Shown here: in pieces, positions 47,121-56,668 of the stretch
Position numbering within the stretch: the first letter of the stretch is position 1
Layout: every line of letters starts with the position of its first letter
Assembly (NCBI GenBank): GCA_964611395.1
Contig: CAZSXY010000002.1
Location: 1,682-65,681, forward strand
Length of the DNA: 64,000 nucleotides
Source of the DNA: an uncultured Anaerolineaceae bacterium
GTDB lineage: Bacteria; Chloroflexota; Anaerolineae; Aggregatilineales; Aggregatilineaceae
Direction of reading: 5' to 3'
Notes under the pieces: model-generated
Databases searched by the model: none
What the model was told of the DNA's origin: nothing
Seen by the model: only the letters and a program-made list of their open reading frames with translations
Translations under genes and position numbers: made by a program

Positions 47121-48746
47121 ATGATTCGAAGCTATACAGGTATTCTTCGACGGTGGTTCTGGTTATTGGCGCTCACCACCGTGATCGCTGGTTTGGTCAG
47201 CTACGTGGTTAGCAGCCGTGCACCGGTGCGATACTCCGCTAAAGCCAAATTACTCGTGGGGCCGGCTGCCGAAAGCCTGAATCTAGAACTGGATGATCTG
47301 CGAACGGCGGCGCAGTTACTCGAAGTATACGCTGTGCTCCCTACCATGCGCCCCTTCCTGGAAACGGTGATCGAGGATCTCAACCTGGACGTCAACCCTC
47401 TTGCACTCAAAAATGACCTCACGATCACAACGGACACAACAACACAAATCTTGAGCATCGAAGTGACCAACAACGATCGGGATCAGGCGACGCTGATCGC
47501 CAACGCGATCGCTGACAAGCTTGTTACCCGCAGCCCTTCCGGTGCGACGACGCCCAATGCATGGGACCGCCTCCGGGATCAAATCGAGCGCGTCGAAGCC
47601 ATCATTGCCAAAAGTGAGGCCCGCACTGAGACCCTTGAAGCATCCCTGGAAACCGCAGACACCGAAGCGCAACGCGCCCAAATCTCCACGCAGATTTCAG
47701 ACGAACGCTCGTACATCTCAGAAGCCGAGCGGCTGCTGATCTCGCTCTATACTGCGTTGCAGGACACGCCAAACAACCAGATCGACGTCATTGAACCGGC
47801 TGAGCGCGGCACACCAATCGATCGGGCTGTGCCCCTCAAAACAATTTTAGGCGTGCTGGGCGGGCTGGTGTTCGGCGGGGCGATTGTATTGGCTTCCGAA
47901 TATTTCAACGAGACCATCCGGCTGCCCGGCGATCTTGAAAGAATCGAGGCTGCCCCGGCGCTTGGCTCCCTCACCATCCGCCGATCGCGGCGTGCTGCAA
48001 TCCGGTCCCGGCCCCTTGTCTTGACCGATATCGAATCGGACGCCGCCGAGCGCTATCGCCGGCTTGCTATGCGCCTGCGCTTTGCCGATAACAACCAGGC
48101 CCTGCAGATGGTTGTGATTGGCGACATTCAAGGCGATGGCAGCGGCGGTGAAGTGGCCGCGAACCTCTCCGTCGTCATGGCGCAGCTTGGGGATAATATC
48201 GTGCTGGTTGATGGTGATCTGCGCAAGGGGATTGTGACGCGCATTTTCGACCTCGCAGACTCCCCTGGCCTGACCGATTTATTCGCTGACGAAATCGCTC
48301 TCGACGACATCCTCGTGCCAACCGACCAGTCAAATGGGTTGGCCATCCTGCCAAGCGGGCAGGGAACGCGTGACTTCTTTGAAATGGTGACCTCCGAACG
48401 TTTTACCGAAATCATCGAGCGGCTCACGGGCATTGCGGATCGTGTCATCATTGCGTCTCCTCCTCTGCACGCGTCTGCCGCCGGTCTGGTACTAGCTGCG
48501 CGTGCCGATGGGACTCTGATCGTCGTCAGAAGCGGGCGTAACAACCGCCAGCAACTTGGCGAGGCTCTCGCCAGCTTGCAGGAAGTGGGTGCGCACGTGA
48601 TCGGCACCATTTTAGCCGTCCAGATGCGGGAATTCGCCAGCGGGTTCCGTAGGCGGCGCGCGCGTCCAGCGGCAAAGAACACACGCAGCCAATCGTCGTC
48701 AACTCAGTCCCAGCGCCAGCCCCTGGAAAAATCAATGGAATCATGA
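47121..48746 (+). CDS. Wzz-like chain-length determinant fused to a BY-kinase-like domain with degenerate Walker motifs
   Basis: N-terminal TM, coiled-coil and second TM (PCP topology). C-domain is collinear with CpsD/Wzc ATPases, but Walker A is GDIQGDGSGGEV, Walker B is VIIASPP, and there is no C-terminal Tyr cluster. AAGGGA RBS before ATG 47121. Confidence 0.75.
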   Translation: MIRSYTGILRRWFWLLALTTVIAGLVSYVVSSRAPVRYSAKAKLLVGPAAESLNLELDDLRTAAQLLEVYAVLPTMRPFLETVIEDLNLDVNPLALKNDLTITTDTTTQILSIEVTNNDRDQATLIANAIADKLVTRSPSGATTPNAWDRLRDQIERVEAIIAKSEARTETLEASLETADTEAQRAQISTQISDERSYISEAERLLISLYTALQDTPNNQIDVIEPAERGTPIDRAVPLKTILGVLGGLVFGGAIVLASEYFNETIRLPGDLERIEAAPALGSLTIRRSRRAAIRSRPLVLTDIESDAAERYRRLAMRLRFADNNQALQMVVIGDIQGDGSGGEVAANLSVVMAQLGDNIVLVDGDLRKGIVTRIFDLADSPGLTDLFADEIALDDILVPTDQSNGLAILPSGQGTRDFFEMVTSERFTEIIERLTGIADRVIIASPPLHASAAGLVLAARADGTLIVVRSGRNNRQQLGEALASLQEVGAHVIGTILAVQMREFASGFRRRRARPAAKNTRSQSSSTQSQRQPLEKSMES

Positions 48747-48753
48747 GCGCCAC

Positions 48754-50025
48754 ATGCACACGATGATAGAACACACCTTCGACGAACTAGAGGCGGCTGG
48801 CATCGTTTATTGCCTTTTGCGAGACGCAACCCGGCTTGACCATCTTGCGCAAGGCGGCGAAATCGACATGCTGGTTCAGGCAAACCAGCTCAAAGCCCTG
48901 AAACAACTCCTATGGCAACTCGGTTATGTGCCGCTGCCGTCGATGGGTTATGAACCGCACCATTTCTTTGTCCGGTACGAACGGGAATCCGACGGCTGGT
49001 ACAAGCTCGACGTGGTCACCAAGATCGTATACGGCAAGAGCGTGAAGTTCCTCCACACGGACCTGGCTGCAGCCTGTTTGCGCAACCGCCAGCGTGTGGG
49101 GCCAACCTATGCGCCTTCCCCCGAAGACGAGTTTGTGACCCTGTTGCTCCATTGCCTGCTGGACAAAGGGCGTTTCGCCCCCCACCGGCGCACAAGGTTG
49201 GAGGCGCTGCGCCATGCGGTCACGCAGCCCGAGTACGTCTCAACATTGCTTGCCACGTATTGGCTGCCCGATGCGACATTCGATCAGATCACCGGGCACA
49301 TCGACGCGGGGGACTGGGACGGCTTGCTGGCTGCCCGCGAACGCGTCACCGCGCACCTCAAGCGCCGGAAGCCTGTCGCCCAGGTCGTCGCCATTCTGCG
49401 ACGGAAGTCCGGGCGTATCCTGCACCGGATCGGGGGGCTGGCACACCCGGTCATGCCGTCGGTGGCCCTGCTGGGGCCGGACGGCGCAGGGAAATCGACC
49501 CTGGCCGAGAGCCTGAGCGAGCGCTTCTGCATGCCGGTTCGGTCGGTGTACATGGGCCTGTACCCCAATTCCGCGCGGAAAAAGCCCGCCAGACGAGTGC
49601 CAGGCCTGGGTTTCATGAAATTATTGACCGTCCAGTGGCGACGATACCTCCAGGCACGCTCGGCGCAGGCACGCGGCCACCTGGTAGTCTTCGACCGCTA
49701 CGCTTATGACGCGCTATTGCCGCAACCGCAGCGCCGCAATCCGCTCAAGCGCCTGCGCCGGTGGCTGCTGGCCCATGCTTGCCCGCCGCCTCACCTGGTG
49801 CTGGTGCTGGACGCGCCCGCCGAAGTGCTGTATGCGCGCAAAGGCGAACATACGGTGGGTAAGTTGGAATCGCAACGGCAGGCCTACCGGTCGTTACAAA
49901 CCCGGCTGTCCAACGTCACGATCCTCGACGCGACCCGCGAAGCCGAGCACGTCCGCCGCCAGGCCAATACGGCTATCTGGGAGACCGTTTTCAGACGAAG
50001 AAACAGCAAGGGCAAGGTCACATGA
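48754..50025 (+). CDS. Nucleotidyltransferase-like (NTP_transf_5-like) domain fused to P-loop kinase-like domain
   Basis: N-half has GGEIDMLV...LGYVPL...YKLDVVTKI. C-half has Walker A VALLGPDGAGKST, LVVFDRY and LDAPAEVLYARKGE, paralogous to 39958-40671. Confidence 0.55.
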   Translation: MHTMIEHTFDELEAAGIVYCLLRDATRLDHLAQGGEIDMLVQANQLKALKQLLWQLGYVPLPSMGYEPHHFFVRYERESDGWYKLDVVTKIVYGKSVKFLHTDLAAACLRNRQRVGPTYAPSPEDEFVTLLLHCLLDKGRFAPHRRTRLEALRHAVTQPEYVSTLLATYWLPDATFDQITGHIDAGDWDGLLAARERVTAHLKRRKPVAQVVAILRRKSGRILHRIGGLAHPVMPSVALLGPDGAGKSTLAESLSERFCMPVRSVYMGLYPNSARKKPARRVPGLGFMKLLTVQWRRYLQARSAQARGHLVVFDRYAYDALLPQPQRRNPLKRLRRWLLAHACPPPHLVLVLDAPAEVLYARKGEHTVGKLESQRQAYRSLQTRLSNVTILDATREAEHVRRQANTAIWETVFRRRNSKGKVT

Positions 50026-51299
50026 CGGCGACATTCACCCCTACCGCAGAGCAAGAAACTACAGCCCAGAAACCAATGCCTAAAGTGGCATATATAATGT
50101 CGCGCTTCCCTAAAATTACCGAGACGTTTATCCTGTACGAAATCCTCGCCGTGCAGAAACAGGGCGTGCCCGTCGAACTCTACCCGCTCCAGCGTGAACG
50201 CACATCCGTCATGCATCCCGAAGCCAGGCCGCTGGTAGAAGCTGCTCATTTCCTGCCGTTGATCGCCTGGCCGATCATCCGGTCGCATCTCCACTACTTG
50301 CGCACCAGGCCCCGCGCCTACGTTAAGGCATTGTGGGATCACCTGCGAGCGACCTGGGGCAGCAAGCGCTATTTCTTTGGCGCACTGGCATTCTTCCCCA
50401 AGACGGTACGCTTTGCGCACATGATGGAAGCGGCGGGTATTGAGCATATTCACGCGCACTTTGCAAGCCACCCGGCGGCAGCAGCATTTGTGATTCATCG
50501 CCTGACCGGGATTCCCTACAGCTTCACGGCACACGGTTCTGATTTGCATCGCGATCGCCACATGCTATGCCAAAAAACGGCTGAAGCCGCTTTTGTGGTG
50601 ACGATCTCAAACTTCAATCGCGACATCTTTGTTCAGGCGTGCGGCGACTGGGTGCGTGACAAAGTCCACGTGCTCCATAGCGGCGTCGATACCGAGGCCT
50701 TTCAACCGTTAGACGCCGACCGCCCCCCAGGCCAACCGTTCACCATCCTTTGCATCGGCACATTGCACGAGGTCAAAGGGCATACCCACCTCATCGAAGC
50801 CTGTCGCCTGCTCCGCGAACGTAACATCGATTTTTCGTGTCACTTTGTGGGCGATGGACCCGATCACGCGGCACTTACCATCCAGGTAGCCAGTGCTGGT
50901 CTGTCCGATCACATCCATTTTGAAGGGCGGTTGACACGCCAGGATGTGATTGCCATGCTGCGGCGGGCTGATGTCGTCGTTGCGCCCAGCGTGCCGTCGC
51001 GTGACAACCGGCGCGAAGGCATCCCGGTGGTGCTGATGGAAGCCATGAGCAGTGGCGTGCCGGTCATCGCCAGCGACCTATCGGGCATCCCGGAACTGGT
51101 CGAGCACGAGGTAAGCGGCCTGCTGGTCTCGCCCGGTGACCCGGCAGCGATTGCCAGCGCGATCGAACGCCTGGCCCGCGATCCGGCGCTTCGGCGGCGA
51201 CTCGGCCAGGGCGGGCGCGACAAAGTGCAGCGTGAGTTCGACCTTGACACCAATGCTTCACTGCTGGTGAAGCACATACAAAGCAGGGAGCAGGCATGA
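50022..51299 (+). CDS. Glycosyltransferase family 4 (WcaL-like)
   Basis: KVAYIMSRFPKITETFILYEI N-terminus and EGIPVVLMEAMSSGVPVIAS E-x7-E region. ATGA overlap with the upstream gene. Confidence 0.85.
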   Translation: MTATFTPTAEQETTAQKPMPKVAYIMSRFPKITETFILYEILAVQKQGVPVELYPLQRERTSVMHPEARPLVEAAHFLPLIAWPIIRSHLHYLRTRPRAYVKALWDHLRATWGSKRYFFGALAFFPKTVRFAHMMEAAGIEHIHAHFASHPAAAAFVIHRLTGIPYSFTAHGSDLHRDRHMLCQKTAEAAFVVTISNFNRDIFVQACGDWVRDKVHVLHSGVDTEAFQPLDADRPPGQPFTILCIGTLHEVKGHTHLIEACRLLRERNIDFSCHFVGDGPDHAALTIQVASAGLSDHIHFEGRLTRQDVIAMLRRADVVVAPSVPSRDNRREGIPVVLMEAMSSGVPVIASDLSGIPELVEHEVSGLLVSPGDPAAIASAIERLARDPALRRRLGQGGRDKVQREFDLDTNASLLVKHIQSREQA

Positions 51300-52456
51300 G
51301 CACAGTGACTTTCTGGGTAGCAGTGGCGTTGTTGGCTTATACTTATGTGTTGTTCCCCATCATGCTGGTGGTGCGCGGCCTGCTGAGGCAACGCCCGGTC
51401 AACGCCGCAGACATTGAGCCACGCGTCAGCATGATCATCGCCGCCTATAACGAAGCGGACAGCATCGGGGCCAAGATTGACAACCTGCTCTCGCTGGATT
51501 ACCCCGAAGACCGGCTTGAAGTCGTGATCGCCTCCGATGGATCGGATGATGGCACGGTCGCTGTTGTCGCCAGTTATACGGATGAACGCATCAAGCTGCT
51601 GGCCCTGCCACGCCAGGGAAAAGCGGGCGCGTTAAACGACGCCGTCAATGCCGCCACCGGAGACATTCTGGTCTTTTCGGATGCCAACAGCATGTACGCT
51701 CCCGATGCCATTCGCCGGTTGGTCCGGCACTTTGCCGACCCCCGTGTCGGCGGCGTTGCCGGGAACCAGCGTTACCTGTCGGAACAAGACTCTGACTCCG
51801 GCGCAACCGGAGCCGGAGAGCGCAGCTATTGGGGACTTGATCGTCTGCTCAAGCGGATCCAGAGCCGGGCCGGGAACACGATCTCGGCCACCGGCGCAAT
51901 CTACGCGATCCGGCGCTCGCTGTTCCAGCCGGTTCCTGAAGGGGTGACCGACGACTTTGTAACATCCACCCGTGTCATTGCCCAGGGGTACCGGCTTGTG
52001 TTCGACCCGGAAGCCGTCGCCTTCGAGCCGGTCGCCCAATCCAGCGAAGTCGAGTTCGGACGCAAGGTGCGCGTGATGACGCGCGGGTTGCGGGGCGTGA
52101 TCGTCATGCGCGAATTGCTCAACCCCTTTCGCTTCGGCTTCTATGCGGTGCAGCTATTCTCACACAAGGTACTGCGGCGGCTGATGTTCGTCCCGCTCAT
52201 GGCTGTGTTCGCGGCCAATCTTTTCTTGTGGGGCGATGGGTTGTTTTACAAGCTGGCCATGCTCGCGCAACTCCTTTTCTACGGGTGCGCCTTGCTGGGG
52301 CTGTTCCTGCGCGGGCACAAAATCGGACGGGTGAAGGTCATCGCGATTCCATTCTATTTCTGCGTGGTCTATTGCGCGGCCTTGATCGCAACGTGGAATG
52401 TGATTCGCGGACGACGCATCACAAGCTGGACGCCGCAAAGGCAGGTAGCACACTGA
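51296..52456 (+). CDS. Membrane-associated glycosyltransferase family 2
   Basis: VSMIIAAYNE, ASDGSDDGT and VFSDANS motifs, flanked by N- and C-terminal TM helices. Confidence 0.85.
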   Translation: MSTVTFWVAVALLAYTYVLFPIMLVVRGLLRQRPVNAADIEPRVSMIIAAYNEADSIGAKIDNLLSLDYPEDRLEVVIASDGSDDGTVAVVASYTDERIKLLALPRQGKAGALNDAVNAATGDILVFSDANSMYAPDAIRRLVRHFADPRVGGVAGNQRYLSEQDSDSGATGAGERSYWGLDRLLKRIQSRAGNTISATGAIYAIRRSLFQPVPEGVTDDFVTSTRVIAQGYRLVFDPEAVAFEPVAQSSEVEFGRKVRVMTRGLRGVIVMRELLNPFRFGFYAVQLFSHKVLRRLMFVPLMAVFAANLFLWGDGLFYKLAMLAQLLFYGCALLGLFLRGHKIGRVKVIAIPFYFCVVYCAALIATWNVIRGRRITSWTPQRQVAH

Positions 52457-52514
52457 CCGGCCACACGTGCTAAATTCTGGACAGAGGCTTAGTGTTGAGC
52501 ACACGGATACCCGA

Positions 52515-53990
52515 ATGATCACGGCAAAGCGCAACCCCAAACGCCCCTTATCACAAACTCAGGTGCTGGCCGGACTGGTCGCCGCCGCGAGTGCGGTGGT
52601 GGGGCTGGCCCTGGCAAATAGCAGCCCTCTCCTGGCATTGGGTGTGCTGGTGTTGGCAGGTATGGCGTTCGTACTTCTGTCCAGGCCGGAATGGGTGACG
52701 CTGATCGTGATCTTCGCGCTTTATTCCAACCTGACGGTTATCGCCATCCGGCAAGGCGTGCCCCCTCAAATCGCCGGGGGTATCTTGCTGGCACTCGGTT
52801 ATCCGCTGTTCCACTACCTGATTGGTCATCGCGAGCGAATCATCATCACCGCGCCGTTCGTGTTGATGGTGATCTACCTTGCCACGTTGCTTTTGTCCGC
52901 CGCTTTTTCTGACCAACCGACCCTGACATTTGAGCGCATCCAGAACTTCGTGCTCGAAGGGCTGATCCTGTACTTTCTGGTGATCAACGCGGTAAGAAAC
53001 CGGGCGATATTACGGCTAACGATCTGGGTATTGTTGCTTGCCGGGAGCCTGATGGGCGCATTGACCATTTTCCAGGGCGTGACACAGAGTTATGACAACG
53101 ATTTCGGCGGATTAGCCCAGGCCACCGATGCCGAGGTCCCAGTGAGCGAAGAAGACTTTGTGGGTAACACAATCGTTGTCAAGCGGCTGGCAGGCCCTAT
53201 CGGTGAAAAGAATCGCTACGCCCAGGTATTGGTCGTCCTGATCCCATTGGCGATCACGCGCATGTTAGCCGAGCGTCGCAAGTCATTGCGCTTTGCCGCT
53301 TTCGTGGCAATGATGCTAATTCTCGGCGGCATTCAATTCACCTTCTCGCGCGGCGCGGGGGTGGCCATCGGCGTGATCCTTCTGGCTTTATTGCCCATGC
53401 GCCTGGCGAAAGCACGCCATTTTATGATCGTGGGCACGTTGATCGTCATTGCCGTGTTCGCGCTTGCCCCCGGCTATTTCTATCGTCTCTCGACGCTGGG
53501 CGACGTCGCCGATCTGGTCAGCGGAGACCCAACCGAAGCGGGCTCATCGGTGCAGGGGCGCGCAACCGAAAACCTGGCCACGTTGCTCATGTTCCTTGAC
53601 CATCCTGTTGTCGGCGTCGGGCCGGGCCAGGCACCACGCCTCATGCGTGATTACGGGCGCGGCATAGGCTTCCGGCTGCTTGATCCCAATCGCCGGGCGC
53701 ACAACATGTACCTGGAAGAACTGGCCGACACGGGCATTCTTGGCTTCAGCGCGTTCATCGCCATTGTGTTGGTCACGACGTTCACGCTGGACACCATCCG
53801 CCGCCGGGCGCGCGCAGGCGACCCGGACACGTTTTACCTGGCTTCCGGCTTCCTGTTGAGCCTCATCGCCTATCTCACAACAGCGATCTTTCTGCACCTG
53901 GCATATGCGCGTTATTACTGGTTTTTGCTCGCCATTGCCGGTGCTGCAGCTCACATCTTAAAGCAGGGCACATCCAAGGCACGCGTATAA
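52515..53990 (+). CDS. O-antigen ligase/polymerase-like (Wzy_C family) membrane protein
   Basis: ~11 TM helices with a large loop containing FTFSRGAGVAIG and the HNMYLEELADTG block. The start is ambiguous (GTG 52467 or ATG 52515). Confidence 0.7.
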   Translation: MITAKRNPKRPLSQTQVLAGLVAAASAVVGLALANSSPLLALGVLVLAGMAFVLLSRPEWVTLIVIFALYSNLTVIAIRQGVPPQIAGGILLALGYPLFHYLIGHRERIIITAPFVLMVIYLATLLLSAAFSDQPTLTFERIQNFVLEGLILYFLVINAVRNRAILRLTIWVLLLAGSLMGALTIFQGVTQSYDNDFGGLAQATDAEVPVSEEDFVGNTIVVKRLAGPIGEKNRYAQVLVVLIPLAITRMLAERRKSLRFAAFVAMMLILGGIQFTFSRGAGVAIGVILLALLPMRLAKARHFMIVGTLIVIAVFALAPGYFYRLSTLGDVADLVSGDPTEAGSSVQGRATENLATLLMFLDHPVVGVGPGQAPRLMRDYGRGIGFRLLDPNRRAHNMYLEELADTGILGFSAFIAIVLVTTFTLDTIRRRARAGDPDTFYLASGFLLSLIAYLTTAIFLHLAYARYYWFLLAIAGAAAHILKQGTSKARV

Positions 53991-54064
53991 CCACCATTTA
54001 ACGAGGGCTTGGGGTTATGGTGAATTCCCTTACAGCCCCCGCGCAATTGAAACAGGTGTAATGA

Positions 54065-56656
54065 GTGAAACACGACCAACTGATCAGTAACCTGATCGGA
54101 AAACTCAACAGCCGGGATAACGACGAAACGCACGCGGCAGTCGACGCGCTGCGCGAACTGGGGTGTTTGAGTGATGGCACGCTGCGCGGGGGCAACTTCC
54201 TGGGCGCGAACCTGCAAGGGTTGCAACTGGGCGGCGCAGACCTGCATAGCGCACGCCTCGAATGGTCACAGCTAGACAATGCCGACCTGACGGAAGCCAA
54301 CCTGCAGGAAGCCAACCTGTCAGTGACATCGCTCAAACACGCCAGGCTGGTGGGCGTCGATTTGCGCCACGCCCAACTGTTAAAGGCGCGCCTGCAAGGA
54401 GCAGACCTGCGCTCAGCGCTGCTCAACTCCGCAGAACTGGGAGAAGCTCGCTTGCACGGCGCGAACCTCAGGAGCGCGAACCTCAGCAAAGCGCGCTTGG
54501 GGCAGGCAGAACTGGTGGGGGCTGACCTGTCAAACGCCACCCTCAAACAAACGTGGCTGCGCGGAGCCGACCTGGAAGACACAAGCATGGAAAAGGCCGA
54601 CATGCGCCAGGCTTACCTGGGAGAAGCCAATCTGCGGCAGGCCATCTTGCGATCCGCCAACCTGGCCGGGGCTATCCTGACCGGCGCGACCCTGCTGAAA
54701 GCCGACCTCCGCCATGCCAACCTGACCGGCGCGCGCCTGACATCCGCTGACCTGCGCGGCGCAGACCTGAGCGATGCGTGCTTGCGGGAGTGCAATCTGA
54801 GCGACGCGAACCTGCAGAATGCCGATCTCACCGGGGTTGACCTGCGCGGCGCGAATCTGACGGGCACAGACCTGTTCGCAGCCTCGCTGGATCAGGCATA
54901 CTTCGACGAATCCACCATCCTGCCAGATGGACGCGCATGGTCACCCGCCGTCGGTGAACCCTTCGCCATGCTCACGCCATTGCCAGACATACCCACAGAA
55001 GAAACGCCAAACGTGTCCATTACCCCTTTACTGAAGCCATCGCACGTTGAACCAGCCGGCGGCGGCAACGGCCATCCGGTTGCCCCGGTTGCCGAAATAC
55101 CGCGTGCGATAGTAAGGAAAAAGAAACGACCCAAAGACATAAGTGCCGCCGGGTCAACGCGCCGCCAGATTCGCGGGTCAAGCCTGTTGCTGGTCGGACG
55201 TATGATCTCGATGGTCGTCAACTTCGTCGTTCAGGTCTTGACGGTTCGCTACCTGACCAAGGCCAACTACGGCGCGTTTGCCTATGCGCTCTCCATCGTG
55301 TCACTGGGCGAAACTATTGTCACCCTGGGGCTGGACAGGGCCGTCACACGCTTCGTGCCGATTTACCAGGAACGCGACGAGTACCCCAAGATGTTCGGCA
55401 CACTCGTGATGGTCTTCGGCACGATTCTTTCGCTGGGAATCGCGCTCGTTCTGGCCGTCGTGCTGTTGCAAGATTTCATTGCCACACACCTGATCAGCGA
55501 CCAAAAAGCGGTCGAGTTGCTGGTGATCCTGGTCGCGTTATCGCCGGTGCAGGCCATCGACAATGTGTTGAACGGGTCATTCGCGGTGTTCTCGAAACCC
55601 AGCGCGATTTTCTTCCGCAAGTACGTCTTAGGCCCGGCCCTAAAAATTACCGTTGTCGCGTTGCTGATTCTGGGCAACAGTGGGGTGGAATTCCTCGCGG
55701 CGGGCTACCTGGGCGCAGGATTGGTGGGGATTTCAATCTTCTCGGTCATTCTATGGCGCATGTTACGCGCCCAAGACTTCTGGGCGCAGTTCAGCCTGAA
55801 GACGATTCAGTTTCCGGCCCGCGAAGTGCTGGCGTTCACCGTGCCGCTGCTGGCATCTGACATGGTATTCGTGGTGATGAACACGGTCGATGCCATTCTG
55901 TTGGAACGCTACAAAGGAACTGTCGATGTGGCCGCGTTCCGCGCCGTCCAGCCTACAGCCCGCTTGAATCAAATGGTTCTGTCGAGCTTTGCCCTGCTCT
56001 TCACCCCCGCAGCCGCACGAATGTTTGCCCGCAACGACAAAGAAGGCATCAACAGCCTGTATTGGCAAAATGCCGTGTGGGTCGCGATTGTGTCATTCCC
56101 GGTGTTTGCGCTCACTTTTTCGCTGGCCGAACCCCTGACCGTGCTCTTGTACGGTTCGCGCTATGAGCAATCGGCGCTGATCATGGCCATGTTGTCGCTG
56201 GGGTACTACTTCAATGCGGCAACCGGCCAAAACGGGCTGACGCTCAAGGTGCTGGGCAAGCTGCGCTACATCGTCGGCGTCGATATCCTGGCGGCGGTGA
56301 TCAACCTGCTGGTCAACCTCACGCTGATCCCACGCTATGGCGCGATGGGAGCCGCCATCGGCACGATGACCACGTTGATCCTGTTCAACATACTCAAGCA
56401 AATCGGGTTAATGTTGGGCACGGGCATTCGCGTGTTTGATCTCAATTACCTCAGGGTGTATCTAAGTATCGTGGTAGGCGCGGTGGGGCTGCTGGCGATC
56501 CAGGCGTTCTTCGTGCTCCCACTCGCCGTCGGTTTTGCCATTACGGCGCTGGTATCGCTGCTCGTATTGCGCCTTAACCGGCGGATGCTCAACCTGGAAG
56601 TGATGTTCCCCGAACTACTGCGCATTCCCATCGTGCGCTGGTTCTTTGGCGAGTAG
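54065..56656 (+). CDS. Pentapeptide-repeat domain fused to a MOP/Wzx-type polysaccharide flippase
   Basis: Residues ~35-285 are continuous A(D/N)LxX pentapeptide repeats (ANLQGLQLGGADLHSARLEWSQLDNADLTEANL...). After a basic linker there is a ~500-aa, ~14-TM Polysacc_synt-like region. Confidence 0.8.
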   Translation: MKHDQLISNLIGKLNSRDNDETHAAVDALRELGCLSDGTLRGGNFLGANLQGLQLGGADLHSARLEWSQLDNADLTEANLQEANLSVTSLKHARLVGVDLRHAQLLKARLQGADLRSALLNSAELGEARLHGANLRSANLSKARLGQAELVGADLSNATLKQTWLRGADLEDTSMEKADMRQAYLGEANLRQAILRSANLAGAILTGATLLKADLRHANLTGARLTSADLRGADLSDACLRECNLSDANLQNADLTGVDLRGANLTGTDLFAASLDQAYFDESTILPDGRAWSPAVGEPFAMLTPLPDIPTEETPNVSITPLLKPSHVEPAGGGNGHPVAPVAEIPRAIVRKKKRPKDISAAGSTRRQIRGSSLLLVGRMISMVVNFVVQVLTVRYLTKANYGAFAYALSIVSLGETIVTLGLDRAVTRFVPIYQERDEYPKMFGTLVMVFGTILSLGIALVLAVVLLQDFIATHLISDQKAVELLVILVALSPVQAIDNVLNGSFAVFSKPSAIFFRKYVLGPALKITVVALLILGNSGVEFLAAGYLGAGLVGISIFSVILWRMLRAQDFWAQFSLKTIQFPAREVLAFTVPLLASDMVFVVMNTVDAILLERYKGTVDVAAFRAVQPTARLNQMVLSSFALLFTPAAARMFARNDKEGINSLYWQNAVWVAIVSFPVFALTFSLAEPLTVLLYGSRYEQSALIMAMLSLGYYFNAATGQNGLTLKVLGKLRYIVGVDILAAVINLLVNLTLIPRYGAMGAAIGTMTTLILFNILKQIGLMLGTGIRVFDLNYLRVYLSIVVGAVGLLAIQAFFVLPLAVGFAITALVSLLVLRLNRRMLNLEVMFPELLRIPIVRWFFGE

Positions 56657-56668
56657 GAGTCACGCCTG

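Noticed and set aside
19131-50025. Reading the HprK-like kinase + NTP_transf_5-like domain + sulfotransferase combination as a lasso-peptide/RiPP tailoring set.
   Set aside because: No lasso cyclase (asparagine-synthetase-like), leader protease (transglutaminase-like), PqqD/RRE protein or convincing precursor ORF was found. The genes sit among glycosyltransferases, Wzx/Wzy and a PGT, so a glycan context is more parsimonious.
53998-54867. Minus-strand ORFs 53998-54603, 54105-54329, 54530-54715 and 54613-54867, rich in Arg/Ala/Ser.
   Set aside because: They are antisense frames of the pentapeptide-repeat coding region, whose periodic GC-rich codons keep the opposite frames open. The sense ORF has a clear domain structure.
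54150-54900. Periodic DNA repetition that could be mistaken for a CRISPR-like or tandem-repeat array.
   Set aside because: The periodicity is 15 nt (one pentapeptide) and degenerate, inside a long ORF. There is no repeat/unique-spacer organisation and there are no cas genes.
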